Shown here piece after piece: positions 14,658-29,800 of a stretch of DNA of 64,000 nt. The translations under genes and the position numbers were made by a program. Origin of the DNA: Geosiphon pyriformis uo1 (lineage: Eukaryota; Fungi; Glomeromycota); contig JAAOMT010000468.1 in the NCBI GenBank assembly GCA_016748015.1, positions 186,001 through 250,000 on the forward strand, in the 5' to 3' direction. The first letter of the stretch is position 1. Every line of letters starts with the position of its first letter. A model generated the notes under the pieces. The model saw only the letters and a program-made list of their open reading frames with translations. It searched no databases and was not told where the DNA came from.

Positions 14658-15296
14658 TTAATATTGAGCTCTATTGAGATCTCCCAAATTTTCTAACTCT
14701 AATTCTCTGTCTTTGAGTATTTCTTGAACTTTTTTTTCGAGAATTACTTGAATTATTTTGTTTTGTAATTCTTTAAATTGGGTGTTGGTTATTTTTCTTA
14801 TTTGGTTAACTATAATAGAGTCCATTTCTGGATTAAGTAAAATTTCTGGTCTGTCTTGGAATTCAGCATGCAATCAATAGATGGCTCTTGCTTGTGTTGT
14901 TAGATTGTTCTTGTCCACAAATTGTTCTAGTTGTTGCAATATTGTTGTGTTAAATAATCATTTTGTTTTATCTGTGTATAAGTTTTGAATATTCAAGTGT
15001 TGTTCCAAGTGGAAATAACAAAAGTTTCTTAGAAATTCATGTATCCACTATTTCCAAGTTTCTTTGGTCAACTCTTGATATGTAGTGGCAATTGTTAGTT
15101 CTTCTATTGCTAATTTTATTTTTAGAACCATTTTGTCAATAGTGTTTTTTATTTTTCTTTGACTTTTGTATTTGGGTATTTTTTTGGTATCTTGATATCT
15201 AATGATTTGTTGATTGATAGTAATTTCTATATTCTGTTGTTGAATCAATTGGAAGAGTTGTTGTGCTAGTAAGTGAATGTTGTCAGTGATTTCCAT
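14658..15296 (-). pseudogene. ORF3 of B2 (MEITDNIHLLAQQLFQLI...RAQY*)
   Basis: ORF fragments 15048-15296 and 14658-14873; homologous to 41889-42518. Confidence 0.8.
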
Positions 15297-15350
15297 TTTT
15301 CTGTAGTCTTCTGTCGCATCTACTATGTCTTTTTATATTCTTTTATTGGT

Positions 15351-16732
15351 TCAATTTGACGTGTTTAGTTCAATAATTATTATTGGTTCTAAATCTTGTA
15401 AAATCTCATCTGGTTGGACTAGTATTCATTATACTCTTAATTATAGAATATTACTGGTAGATGATGATACTATATGGTGATATGATTTTAGTCAATCACC
15501 ATGTGCTGTTTTGGTTAAGATTTTGTTGTTTAATCTCAATTTATAAGCTCTATTTCTAAAAACTTTTTTATGTGAAATGGTCCATCCCACTTGGAGTCAA
15601 ATTTTTCACTTTATTGTTTTTCTGCTTTGGTACAATGTAGAAACACTTTGTCTCCAATCTTGAACTCAACTGGTTTATCTGGTAGTTGGTTATCATGTCT
15701 TTCTTTTTGTTTCTTTTGTAACTTTTGGATATTATTAGCTGCTTTTTGCCGTTTGTTTTCTAGTGTCTCCATTAAGTCATATGTTTTTTTCAACAATGTT
15801 TTTTAGAAATTTTCTTTTGTTATTGGTTCTGTTGGATATGTTTTAACTTCTATCTCAACTGGTAATGTTGCTGTTCTACCATATACTAGTTCAAATGGTG
15901 TTGCTTGTATAGTGTCTTGCTTCATTGTCCGATAAGCAAATAATACTAATGGTATAAACAAATCTCATTCATCCTGGTTTTCTTGGCTGATTTTGGCAAT
16001 AGCTTCACACAATGTTCTGTTAAACCTTTCAACTAGCCTATTTGTTTGTGGATGGTATAGTAATAATAATGGTCTTTTTATTCCAAATCTTTGACTTAAT
16101 TCTGCTAATGTTCTATTCACAAAGTGAGTTCCTTAATCTGATAATAGTTTTTTTGAACATCTGTGTCAACATATCAAATCTTGATAAATGAATTTGGCAA
16201 CAAATTCTGCATCTGCTCTTTGAATGGCTTTTGTTTCTGGCTATTTAGTGAGATAGTTCATGGCTACTACAATATATCTGTTGCCTCTACTGGTAATTGT
16301 TAATGGTTTGACTAATTCAATTCTAATGTGATCAAATAGTTGTTCCACTTTGATTAGTCTCAATGGTTCACTTGGTCTTGCTTCTCCTCTTCTCTAATAA
16401 GCATCACAATTCTAAACATATTGGATGATGTCTAAATACATTGATGACCAATAATATCTTTTTCTGATTTTTTTCATCATTGCTTCTTTATGAAAATGTT
16501 CTGCTGTTGGATCTGAATGCATGTTGAATAATATTATCTTTTTTTCTGGTTCTGTAATTACTCTGATTGGTTGGTCTAAATTCTTTCTATTTTTCTGATA
16601 AAGTATATTTTGGTGGTTGATAAAATATTTTGATTGTTGTTTTATGTTGTTTTGTTCCTTTTGAGATAATTTCTCCTTGAACAATTGGGTATTTATATAA
16701 TGTTAAAATTGTTAGTATTTTTGTATATTCAT
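15351..16732 (-). pseudogene. int: Integrase ORF of B2 (own ATG at 16732)
   Basis: MNIQKY..., NMHSDPTAEHFHKE, GDKVFLH fragments; 31-nt spacer after the pol stop. Confidence 0.85.
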
Positions 16733-16763
16733 TTTTTTGTTATATTTTTGGGTTGAAATGGTT

Positions 16764-19700
16764 TTAGATTTGTCTTATTCATGACAATCTGTTAGTATTT
16801 CTGTTTTTTTTTTCCTTTTTATAATGTACTGTATAATTAAATAGTGATAGTTCTATTTTCTATCTGGCATAACAATCATCTACAAACTTTTGTTTTTGGA
16901 TTAAAGTCAATCCTTTGTGATTGGTGTACACATCAAACTTTTGACTTAAGTATTCTTTCCATTTAATGACAGCCCAATGGATAGCTAAGTGTTCCAGTGC
17001 TGGAGTTCCATAGTTTTTTTTCAGCTGAACTTAAGCTTCTACTGGCATATGCTACTGGATGTTCTTATCTGTCTAATCTTTTCTGAGATAATACTGCTCT
17101 CAATGCTTGGCCAGATGCATTAGTTGTGATTATGAATGGCTTGCTATGATCCGAATAAATTAGTACTGGAGCTTGAATAAGCTTTCTTCTTAATGTATCA
17201 AAAGCTTCTTGCTAAATTTCTGTCCATTCATAATTGGTGTTCTTTATTTGAAGTTGGTGTAGTGGTTGAGCTATTTTGGAAAAGTTCTTGATAAAGTGGT
17301 AGTAGTACCCAGCAAATCCCAAGAATGCTCTTAGTTCTGTGAGATTATTTGGTACTAGAAAGTTTTTGACAATCTCAATTTTGTCTGAATCTGTTTTGAT
17401 TCCGTCTTTGTTCACCACATGTCCCAAAAACTTGAGTTCAGTCTTCCCAAAGAAACATTTGGTTGCATTTAGCTTTAATCTGGCTTTTTTTAATCTTTTA
17501 AACACTTGTTGGAGATAATACAGATGATCATCAAATGTTTTTGAGAACACATTGGTGTTATTCAAGTATATGACTACTGATTTTCATAATAGCCCATTAT
17601 AAACAATTTCCATAAGTTGCTGGAAAGTGGCTGGAGCATTTATCAAGCCAAATGGCATTACTTCAAATTTAAAGTTTCCTTCCCAAGTTGTAAAAGCCGT
17701 TTTCTTTTTGTCTTCCAGTTTCATGGCTATTTGCTAGTAACCACTGTCTAAGTCTAAAGTTGAGAACCATTTCTTCTCTCCAAAAGTGTCAAACAGCTTT
17801 TGAATCTTTGGAGTTGGGTAGCTATTATCTTTGGTTACTCCTTTTAATTTCCAGTAATCTACACAAAAGTGGATTTTCTCATTCTTTTTACAGACTAGTA
17901 TCACTGGTAACAACCATAAACTCATTGATGGTTGAATTAACCCATTGTCAAGTATCCAATTGATTTCTTAACAAATAATCTCATGGCTGGCTGGTGGTAT
18001 TCTGTATGCTCTTTGTTTGATTGGCATTGTATCTCCAGTTTTGATCTGGTGTTAGATGATGTTAGTTCTGCCAAATTCATTTTCACTGGCAAAGATGTCA
18101 TTAAAGTTGTTGAGCAACATCTTGAGCTGCATATGTTAAAGTGGGTCCAAGTTTCTCATGTTTATTTGTTCTAACTGTTTTGGTTGAAGCAGATAATATT
18201 TTTCTCATCCATATATTGTTTGTGATGTAATGTCTACATATTTGCACAGTTGTAGAAAGTCTGCAATGGTGTCTGAAAGTTGGTCTTTAATTTCTGTAGT
18301 CAAGTATCTGATGGTAGTTCCTGCTGGTATCTCAAGGATATTTCCTGTGTTGTTGTAAATGAGAATTTTAATGTGACTGTAGTTCTTTGCTGGTATGTGT
18401 AAGTTGATCAAACCAATTTCTCCTGATTTGCACAGTGTTGCTTTTGCCTTAAAAATCTGAACCTGATCTTTTACTTTTTTCTCTATAACTACTATATACT
18501 GGTCATATAGTAAAATAGAAATTGGTTGATGGGTGGAGATAATTTCTCCTTTGTCAATAATTTTTTTCTCTGCCATATTAACTGGTACATTTATTCTACC
18601 TGTTGATCTGAATTTTTGTATTCCTCTAGCCATAATTCCTAACTTTTCTTTGTTTTCTACTAATACTAATTAAGCTATTTTCACCAGAAGCAGAAATATT
18701 GCCTATGCTATCTTTTTGTTTGGTTTTATGATATAGGTCTTTTCTGAATCATTTTGTAGCATTGTAATAATATTTCCTATGTATCCTGCATTAATTATTC
18801 CTCCTCTGATGTTAATTTCTCTTTTCACTAAGCTACTCCTAAATGCTAGTTGAACCATTGTTGTTGCTGGGATTTTTAATGCTATTTTGAGATCAATGCA
18901 TGTGCATAAGTGTGGTTCCAATTTGATGACATCCTTTTTTGGATATCTTAGATTAAACCCAGCATCTGTATTATGTGTACATTTTGGCATAATACCTTCA
19001 TTGTTGTTACTATACCATTTGAATTCCTGTTTCTTGGAAAGGTCAGGAAGTGTGATGTTTGTTTTAGAGTTTAAATCGGAGTCTGAATTGCTATTATTTT
19101 TCTTGTTATATTGAGTGGAGCTGGAACCATTGTTTTTGTTGTCATCATTGTTGAAGTTTGAATTGGGATTGAAAGTTGATTCCAATTCTGATGTGCAGCT
19201 GTTTATTGGTTTCTCCTTTTCTGGAATTGTGTAGATCATGCATGGTGGTAGATTGTAAATGAAATTACACTCATTACAATATTGAAAGTTACATGAAATT
19301 AAACAATAATCACATAGTCTTGTATTTTTTTCTTTCAACTGTTGCTCTTGTTCCTCTCTAGTGGGTGCTAATTCCTGGTAGTGTTCATAGAATTGTTTTG
19401 AATTCAGGAGATTTATGACTGGTTCTAGATCTCAATCAAGTTCTATGGGCTCTTGTGGGTTGTTTTTGATTTTTTTAATTTCTTCAAGTGATGTTTCTTC
19501 TATTTTGGCAATTGCCATTTTCCATATCTTATCATTGTCATGTGGACAACTATCCAATCATTGTATGGCTCTTTTCCAAGCAGCTTCCATTGGTGTTTCT
19601 TTCCTAACCCAGTTGCTGATGAGGATCGTGTACTGGCATGAAGCATCACATGTTCTTTCTCGACCAAGAATGTCATTCCACATTTCTTCATCAAGTAATG

Positions 19701-22700
19701 TTTCTTCACAAGCTAAACAAGATTTGTTGTTCCATTTTCCTTGCCATTTTGGTTGTTCAAAGTGTTCTATGATGCACATGCAGCAGTAAAATTTGGTTGC
19801 TGTTGAGTATTCCTTATCACCATCACAGCACACACTTATTGACAACAATTTCTTGTCACAATTGATGCATATTAGCTTTAGTCGACAATAGTAAGACTGT
19901 GGTAATATGATATAGATGTATAGTCTATTAGTGGTATTGGTTGGGACCGTTTCTTCTTCTTTTGTTTTTTCTTTTTTTTCATTATTTTCTTTCCATTTCC
20001 AAGTTTGTAGTAATTTTTGATAGTTGTTGTCAGCCCACAAGATTTGGTTGGTACTCCAGATAAGTCCTTTCTTTTGTTTTTCTTTCCCATTATTGTCCCA
20101 GGATAGTATTGGTGGTAGTTCATTGTGGTCATTGTCAGCCCACAATACTTGATACACTTTTTATGTTGGTTTCAGCTTCTCTTCCTCAACATCAATTAGT
20201 GGTGTTAACATGATGTTGTTGGGTTTGAAGTGGCCATATGTTGCTGGTACTTGTGTGTATTGGCCATTCTGATTTATTTGCAGCTCTTAAGTGATTCAGT
20301 TAAGTGTCACATTGGTTTTGGACAGCCAATTGTTCCCAACTAGAGCTTGATACTGGGTGGCTTCCATAACTAGTATTTTGATTGGCACTATGATGCCATT
20401 GATTTCTATTGGGAGATCATTAATCTCGCTGATTGGAGTTTTGGTTGTTCCATTAGTAGTAATTATGCATGTGTTGGCAGCATGATCAACTTGGTGACCT
20501 AATTGGTTCATAAGTTGTCATGTAATGATGTTGCCAGCTGATCTACTGTCTAAGATCAGTTTGTTGATGTGACCATCCACTTTCACATTAGTGTACATGA
20601 CAGTAATTGGTTTAGTGTCAAAAGTGGTTCCACTGAATAATGGGACTGGTGTGGTTTCCTTAAGTTCGAAAAAAAAAATAGCTGCTAAGAATTCATTGTT
20701 GGAGATAGTTGCTGGTGGAATATTGCTGGTAAGTGGCTGCTTTTGTTTGGGTTTTTGGTTGTTGGATGAGACATCTTCTGGGATAACCAAAAGACTTAAA
20801 TATTGTTGGACATTTGGGTTTTGGATGTATCCAGTGCCCAAATTCCATTGTTGAGATCCTGATGGCTGGGTCGAAAAACTGGAGATTAATTAATGAACTA
20901 CTATTGACAATTTCCAGCTCTGTTGTGTTAGTTTTGGCCTTTGGGTTCCATTTTGAGGTAAGTTTTGTGGTGGTGTTTGAATTTGTTGGGATTGATAGAT
21001 TATTTGAGGCTGCGGCTGATAGATAGACTGGAACTGCAGTTGATAAATTACAGGTGTTGTCAGCTAATAAACTGGTAGTTGATAGATTGGTTGTTGCATC
21101 ATAGGTAGGTAATTTGGTTGATATTGTTTTGGTGATTGATTACTAATGTAATTTTGTGATTGTAGTCAATGATCGGAGTTTCAATACTGATTAGCTGATC
21201 TTAAGTTGCTTATTTTTTTTCAGCATTCAAATTGCAAATATTTTTGTTTACCACAATAATAGCATACATGCATTTCCTGTTGCCACAGTTAATTGGTTGA
21301 TAATGCTGGACACAACTGATTTTGGGTGTAATTTGAGTTTTCTTGATTGTTGTATTATTAGGGAGATTGATAAATTACATGATTGTCAGCTAAGTATCCT
21401 TCCAATTTCTGATTGATTGAATCACTGAATTGTTTTAGTTTAGAATCTAATTCAGATAATCTGTTCATTACTAGATTTACGGCTTGGACATAGTTTGCTT
21501 TGAGTTTGGCTGATTTAAAGTCTTTGGTGTTTGTAACTGTAGCTTGAAGGTCTACTAGATACATTAGACATACGTGCTAGTAGATGCTACTGCGCAGTCC
21601 TCTAATGAATTGATTCAGAATCTGTGGTGCTTTAAAATAGTCAGCTTGGATTGCTTGAATTTGGCACAAATTCCTGTGGAAATGTTCCAAGTAAGTGGTA
21701 ACTGCTTTAGTTTCTCTTTGTTTAATTGTGATGAATGTGTTGATTAGGCAATTAATACTGTTATTATTACTGAAATATCCCAAGAATACAGTTTTAAATT
21801 TCTGGAATGTTTGAGATTTAATGACTAAACTCTGATACTATGAGTTAATAGTATCCTGTAGAAAATAGAGAATTGTTTGAAGAGCTCTGTTGTCATTTCA
21901 TCTATTGGTTGTGATGGCTTTTTTCACATCGTTGAGCCATACTTGAGCATCATCTTTTTTACCAGTAAATTTTTCTATTTTGGCAATTGGAGCATAGGCC
22001 ATTGGTTATTATTGTGATTGCTGCTGAATTTGTTGTTGGGATAGCAGTTGTGTCTGTTGTTATCATTCGACAATTGGTGGAGCTGGTGGTGGATTGATCA
22101 TGATTACTAAAGGTAAGTGTTGTTAATTATTAATATCAGGGTTTTGATTACTCTGGTTTTTTGTGGTTTGATTAACCAGAGTTTTAATTTTTGAATTTTC
22201 TAAGATTGGGTTTTGTTTGCTAGTTTTCTGATTACTACTCTTCTCTTTCTTGGAGTCAGTTATTTCTCAAGGACTAACAGTTCTAAAATTTGGTTGTGGT
22301 GGTGGTAATCAAATTTCTGATGACATTGGAAATTGTGATTTAAATCCCTCAAAGTAATTGCCATATGTTTCTAGTAATTCTGTTTTCTTTTGTTTGCTTT
22401 GGAATGGGATTTTGTTCAACAGTGTGGTTGCGTTTATAGTAAATGTGCCTGTTGATATTATATTGATAGTGTTTCCAGATGTGTAATAATATGATGAATT
22501 AGCAGGTAAATCAAATCTTTGTTTTTTCCAAGTGGGTAGTTGGATTTGTTTTGGTGTTTCTGCTGGTGTTTGTAATCTTCCTTTTTTTTTGTTGGCAAAA
22601 GTGATAGAAAATTTTTGTTTAGTGTATTTTTCAATTTCCTTGTTTATTTCTGTAATTAGGAGTACAAATAGATAGTTTTGTAGAAAAGTGATACTTTAGA

Positions 22701-22905
22701 GCAATTTACTAAAGAAGTTGTTGAAGACAGATTCTGGATCTCCTTGGCCTCCTAAATAATATATGATTCTCTTATTGATGTAGCAATTAAAAACTGATTT
22801 TGTTGGCCAACTATTATTTGTTAATCCAAGATGGGTGTAATAACATTGAAAAAAAGATTTTGCAAATCCCAAATGATTTGTTCCTATTTCTTTGGATTCT
22901 GCCAC
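16764..22905 (-). pseudogene. gag-pol: gag-pol polyprotein of B2 (Gag-PR-Cys-rich-dUTPase-RT-RH)
   Basis: Fragments: AESKEIGTNHLGFAKS, ILDSRSA (protease), CINCDKKL...CLAC, DAGFNLRY...GGIINAGYIG (dUTPase), RT and RH. Confidence 0.9.
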
Positions 22906-22968
22906 TGTTTAGATTGTTGTTGTTGGTGCTGGTTCTCTGTAAGATTATACCTTATAGAGAGCACTAAA

Positions 22969-23833
22969 TGTTACAAATAATTATTTGGGGTCTTAAATCA
23001 AATAACAAATCCATAACTTGGTGCTCGATTAATTGTGTTGTTGATAATATCTGAAGGTGTTGTTTATCTGAAGGTTTTGTTGTAAAGTTCTTTGTATAAT
23101 GAACAGAGATTCAATAGTTGTCTTTTCAGTAGTCTCCCGGAATCACAATTCTATTGAATTTCTTTTTCAGCATAGTGGTTGGTAATCTTAGCAGAGATGC
23201 CCTTCTGGTAAGCTATCTTTAAACTCTCAATTCTTATACCTTTCCTTTGGGGTCTTTTACCAAGCTATCCATGACATCAATAATTCAGTACTTAATTTTC
23301 AAGTAATTAGTAAAACAAAAGAGATAACAGAAACAAAAAAAATTTAAAAGAAATAAGCTAAAACAATGAATGTTAGTATCCCATCAATAGCCATGATCAA
23401 GAGCTATTGTTTTAATGAAGTTAAGTATCAATTACTATCAACATGAAGTGTTAATAGTGGAGAATAGATTAAGATAGTAAATAATTATTTATTTGTGATA
23501 TGGAAGATTGCTTAGTCAAGTCTAAATGAAGAGGTCACTAACTAAAGGATTCTGTTTTTTTTACTTCTAGTACTACTGTTATATATATATAATTGAGATT
23601 TCTTAATTCCTTAATTCTTCACACCAGGAATTCTGGAATTCCTGGAATCCTGCAATTTCTTTTGAGAGGAATCCTGGAATTCTGGAATCCTGTAATTTTT
23701 TGTACAAGAATCCTGAAATTCCTGGAATCCTACAATTCCTCTTGAGAGAAATCCTGGAATTTCACATTTACTATGGCTACTTCTGATTGGCTAATTTATA
23801 TGCTAATATACTCCCTATGTTCTATAAATAACA
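22969..23833 (-). repeat. 5' LTR of B2
   Basis: Adjacent PBS remnant at 22951-22966; matches 13778-14643. Confidence 0.95.
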
Positions 23834-26800
23834 CTGTTTTATCATATACTAATTCAAATAATGTAGTTTGTATAGTGTTTTGTTTCATTATTCGATAAGC
23901 AAATAATAGTAATGATATAAACAAATTTTATTTATTCTGGTTTTTTTGGCTGATCTTGGCTATTGCTTTACACAATGTTCTATTGAATCTTTTAACTAAG
24001 CCATTGGTTTATGAATAATATAATAATAACAATGGTCTTTTAATTCCAAATCTTTGACTTAATTCTGCTAATGTTTTGTTTACAAACTGAGTTTTTTGGT
24101 CAAATAACAATTCTTTTGGACATCTGTATCAACAAATTAAATCTTGATAAACAAATTTGGCAATGAATTCTACATCTGCTCTTTGAATTGCTTTTGCTTC
24201 TAACCATTTAATAAAATAATCTATGGCTACTATGATATATCTATTTCCTTTGCTGGTTATTGTTAATAGTTCAATTAAGTCAATTCTAATTTGATCAAAT
24301 AGTTGTTCTACTTTAATTGGTTTCAATAATTTGCTGGGTTTTGTTTCTCTTCTTTTCTAATAAGCATCACAATTTTGGACATATTAAATAATATTTGGAT
24401 ACATTAATGGCTAATAATATTTTTTTCTGGTTCTTTTTATAGTTGTTTCTTTATGAAAATGTCCTGCTGTTAGATCTGAATGCATGTTGTATAATATTGT
24501 TTCTTTTTTTGCTTCTGTAATTACTCTGAATAATTAATTCGAATTCTTTTTGTTTTTCTAATATAATATATTCTGGTGAGTAATAAAATATTTAGATTGT
24601 TGTTTTATGTTATTTTGCTCCTTTTGAGATAATTTCTTCTGGAACTATTAAGTATTAATATAATATTGGAGTTGTTAATATTTTTGTGTATTTATTTTTT
24701 GTTATATTTTTGGGTTGAAATGTTTTTTCAGATTTGTCTTATTCATAACAAACTGTCAGCATTTCCATTTTCTTTTCTTTTTTTTATAATGCACTGTATA
24801 ATTAAATAGGAATAGTTTTATTTTCCATCTTGTGTGATGGTTGTCTCCAAATTTTTGTTTCTAAATTAATGTTAATCTCTTGTGATTAGTGTATACATCA
24901 AACTTTTAACTTAAATATTTCTTTTATTTGATGACAGCTCAATAGATAACTAAGTGCTCTAATACTAGTGTTTCATAGTTTTTTTTAGCTAGACTTAAGC
25001 TTCAACTGGTATAAGCTACTGGATATTCTTATCTATTTGGTTTTTTCTGAGATAGTACAGCTCTTAATGCTTAACCAAATGCATTAGTGGTAATAATAAA
25101 TGATTTGCTGTGATTTAAATAAATTAATACTGAAGCTTAAATAAGCTTTTTCCTCAATGTGTCAAAAGCTTTTTGTTGGGTTTTAGTTAATTCATATTTG
25201 GTGTTTTTTATTTGGAGTTGATATAATAGTTGAGCTAGTTTGGAAAAATCTTTGATGAAGTGTCAGTAGTATCTAGCAAATCCCAAAAATGTCTTAGTTC
25301 CATCAAGTTTGTTGGTACTGAAAAGTTCTTTACTATTTCTATTTTATCTGAATCTGTTTTAATTCTGTCTTTACTTACTACATGTCCCAAAAATTTCAAC
25401 TCTGTTTTTTCAAAGAAGCACTTGGTGGCATTTAACTTTAGTTCTGTTTATCTCAATCTTTTAAACATCTATTGTAGATAATAAAAATAATTATTGAATG
25501 TTTTTGAAAATACATTGGTGTCATCTAAATACACAATTACTGATTTCCACAATAGTCCTCTATAAACAATTTTCATTAGCTGTTGAAAGATGGCTGAAGT
25601 ATTCATTAAGCCAAAAAGCATAATATTGAATTCAAAATTCCTTTTTTGGATTGTAAATGCTGTCTTTTTCTTATCTTCTGGTTTCATGGCTACTTGTCAG
25701 TAACCACTATTTAGATCCAATATTGAGAACCATTTCTTTCCTCCAAATACATCAAAAAGTTTTTGGATCTTTGGGGTTAAGTAGCTATCTTCTTTTGTTA
25801 CTCCATTCAGTTTTTAATAATCCACACAAAATCAAATTTTTTTATTTTTTTTTCGAACCAATACAACTGGTGAAAACCATGAACTCATTAATAATTGAAT
25901 TAACTCATTGTTTAACATCCAGTTTATTTTCTGTTATATGATTTTATGGCTTGTTGGTGGTACCTAATATGCTTGTTGTTCAATTAGCATTGCATCTTCT
26001 GTCTTGATTTGGTGTTGAATAATGTCAGTTCTGCCAAATTTATTCTTATTGACAAAGATGTCAGTAAAATTATTGAGTAATATTTTGAGTTGTATTTGTT
26101 GAAGTGGATCCAAGTTTTCTAAGTTTATTTGTTCTAATTGTTTTGGTTAAAGCAAATAATATTCTTCTTATCTATATATTGTTTGTAATATAATATCTAC
26201 ATATCTACATAGTTGTGAAAAATTTGAAATGGGGTTTAGTGGTTGCTTCTCAACTTCAATGGTTAAGTATTCAATAATGGTCCCTTTTGTTATTTCTATG
26301 AGGTCTTTAGTTGTATTATAGATGGAAATTTTAATGTAGTTGTTGTTCTTGGCTGGTATGTAAAAATTAATAAACCCAATTTTTCTTAATTCACAAATAG
26401 TTGGCTCAGCTTCAAAAATTTGTGATTAATCTCTCACTTTTTTTTTTACTATTAACATATATTTGTTATATAATAGAATGGAAACTGATTGACAAGTGAA
26501 AATAATTTCTCCCTTGTCAATAATTTCTTCCTCTGCTATATTAACCAATATGTTTATTCTACCTATAGATCTGAATTCACTAATCCCTTTAGCTGTAATC
26601 TTTAATTTTTTCCTATTTCCCACTAATACTAACTGAGCTACTTTAACCAGAAACAGAAATATTGTCTGTGCTATTTTTTTGTTTAGCTTTATAATATAAG
26701 CCTTTTCTGAATTATTTTGTAGTATTGCAATGATATTTTTTACATATCTTGTGTCAATTATTTTTCCTCTAATATTAATACCTTTTTTTATTAAACTACT

Positions 26801-29800
26801 TTTAAATGCTAATTGAACCATTATTGTTGCTGGAATTTTCAGTGCTATTTTCAGATCAATACAAGTACATGAATGTGGTTTCAATTTGATGATATTTTTT
26901 TCTGGATATCTTAAATCAAACTCTGCATCAGTATTATGCACATGTTCTAACATAATACCTTCCTTACTATTACTGAACCATCTTAGTTTTTGCTTCTTAA
27001 CAAGATCAAGAAGTGTAATATATTGTTTAAGATTTAAATCATTGTTATTATTATTGTTATTTTGAACAGAACTGGAACTGTTGTTATTGTTATTGTTGTT
27101 GAAGTTTGAATTAGGATTGAATGGTAATTCCAATTCCATTTCACAGCTGTTGATTGGTTTTTTCTCTTTGAAGATAGTGTAGATTATACATAATGGTAAA
27201 TTGTAAATGAAGTCATACTTATTATAATATTAAAAGTTACAGGGAATTAGGCAGTGTTGACAAAATTGAGTGTTCAGCTGTTCTAAATGCTGCTTCTATT
27301 CTTTTTTGGTAAATGCTAAGTTCTGGTAATGTTCATGGAATTGCTTTGGATTGTTTTTAACATTATTGAAGACATCAAAAGTAAGAATATATTTGGGTTT
27401 AGAAAGAGACAATGGGTTGTTTTTAATTTCTAGTAGTTTACTGGTTAAAGCACTTTCAATTTTAGCACTTGCCATTTTCCAGATTTTGTGCTCATTGTAT
27501 GAGTAGCCTTCTAAATGTCTGAGTGCTTATTTCTATGTGTTGTTAATTGGGGTTTTTTTTCATATTCAGTTGTTTATGAGAATCATGTATTGGAATCTTA
27601 TTGCACGTTTTTCTTCATCCAGGAATGTCATTCTACATTTTTTCATCTGGCAAAAGTGTTTCCCATGCCAGACAAGATTTGTTATCTCATTTTTTTTATC
27701 ATTTGAGTTGTTCAAAGCATTCAAGAATACATAGGTGGCAGTAGAATTTAGTTGCTATTGTCTATTCTTCATTATCATTACAACATGCACCCATTGTAAA
27801 CAATTTCTTATTACAATCGACACATATAAACTTGGGTTAATAATAATTTGTTTGAGATAAAGTAGTATATAGAATATAAGTAGAGGTAATAGTCTGAATT
27901 TGTTCGTCTTCTCTTGCTTTCTCTTTTTTTTCCAAGTTAAAATCAGTAGTAGCTTATTGTGGTCTTTTTCAGCCCATGAGACTTGGAATACTTCTCAAAT
28001 AAGGTTTTTTTTTTCTTCTTCCAATTTGATTAATGGTGCTTGAGTGATGTAAGTTGGTTTGAAATGACCACATATGGCTGATACTTAAGTGTGCTAACCA
28101 TTTAGGCTGAGTTGTAATTCTTAAGTGGTTCAGTCAAGCATAGTGTTTATCTTAAACAGCCAGTTATTACCAATTAAAGCTTGATATTAGATGGCTTCTA
28201 TCACAAAAACTTTGATGAATATAGTAAGACCATTAACTTCAAAAGGGAAGTCATCTATTTTGCCAATAGAAGTTTTTATGGCTTTATTAGCTATGATTAT
28301 TCTAGTACTAATAGCATGATCAACTCAGCAACCTAGCTGATTTATGAGTTGTTATGTAATTATGCTGTCTGCTGAACTACTGTCTAATATTAGTTTAATA
28401 GGATGGCCATTAACTTTGGCATCTGTATATATTGCTGTAATAGGCTTTGTATTAAAAATAGCCCCACTAAATAATAGTGTGATGGTGATTCTTCTATTTC
28501 AAAGAAAAAAATTGCTGCAAAAAATTTGTCTTCAGTAACAGTTGCTGGTAAAATATTGTTGGTAAGTGGCTGCTGTTGGTTAGACTCTGGGTTGTTGTAT
28601 TAAGCATTTTCTGAGGTGATTAGGAGACTTAAGTAGTTCTGAAAATTCGGGTTTTGAGTGTACCTAGTCTCTGAATTCCATAAACATAATCCTAATGCTT
28701 GGTTGGAAGAACTGAAGATTGGTTGATAAACAACCATTGCTGATCTCCAGTTTTGTTAAATGGTTCTTGGCTTTTGATTTTCAAGTAACATCTGAATTGG
28801 AATTTGTGGCAGATTTTGGATTTGTTGGAATTGATATATTATTTGTGGCTGTGGTTAATAAATAACAGATGCTGGAGTTTGATAAATTAAAAGTTGGTAG
28901 ATTGGCTGCTGTGTCATTTATATGTAATGAGTTTGATAGTAATCTTAATTCAAATACTGGTTTGGAGCTTGAAATCAGTGATTAGGATTTTGATATTAAT
29001 TTTCTAATTGTTAGTTATTTAAGCATATATAGTAGTCAATTTGTAAGTGGCCTTGTTTACCACAATAGTGACAGCTATGTATTTCTATTTGTTACTGTTA
29101 ATTAGTTGCTGGTGATAGGCATAACTGATTTTGGATCTGATCTGAATTTTTCTGATTATTGTAACATTGTAACGGTTAATAAATTGCTTGATTGCTGTTA
29201 GTTAAGTACTCTTCAATTTTCTGATTGATCAAATTACTGAATTGTTTTAGCTTAGAATTCAATTTAGATAATCTGTTCATTATTAGATTTATGGTCTGGA
29301 CATTGTTAGCTTTAAGTTCAGCTAATTTAAAGTCTCTGGCATAGGTAATGGTGGCTTGAAGATCAGCTGGATGTAATAAACATATGTATTGGAGAAGACT
29401 ACTGTGCAAACCATAAATAAACTGATTCAAAATTTGGGGCTCTGTAAAGTAGACTGCATTAATTGCTTGAATTTGGTGCAGATTCTGATGGAAATGTTCT
29501 AAATAAGTGGTAACTGCTTTAGTATTTCCTTATTTAATGGTGGTAAAGGCATTAACTAGGCAATTGATACTATTATTATTACTAAAATATCTTAGAAATT
29601 CCAGTTTAAATGCATCAAACATTTGAGGTTTTTGGGCCAAGCTTTAATACTATAAGTCAGCAGTATCTTGTAAAAAATATGGAATTGTCTAAAGAGCTTT
29701 GTCATTGTTCCAATTATTAGCTATAATTGCTTTGACAACATTATTTATTCAGACTTGAGCATTGTCTTCTTTGTTAGTGAATTTTTCAAGTTTTACAATT

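Larger units (their letters stand above)
13778..23833 (-). mobile_element. Full-length family-B Ty3/Gypsy element B2 (~10.06 kb) nested in the B1 integrase; TSD CTGT
   Basis: Matching LTRs 13778-14643 and 22969-23833; CTGT at 13774-13777 and 23834-23837; host integrase resumes at 23834. Confidence 0.95.
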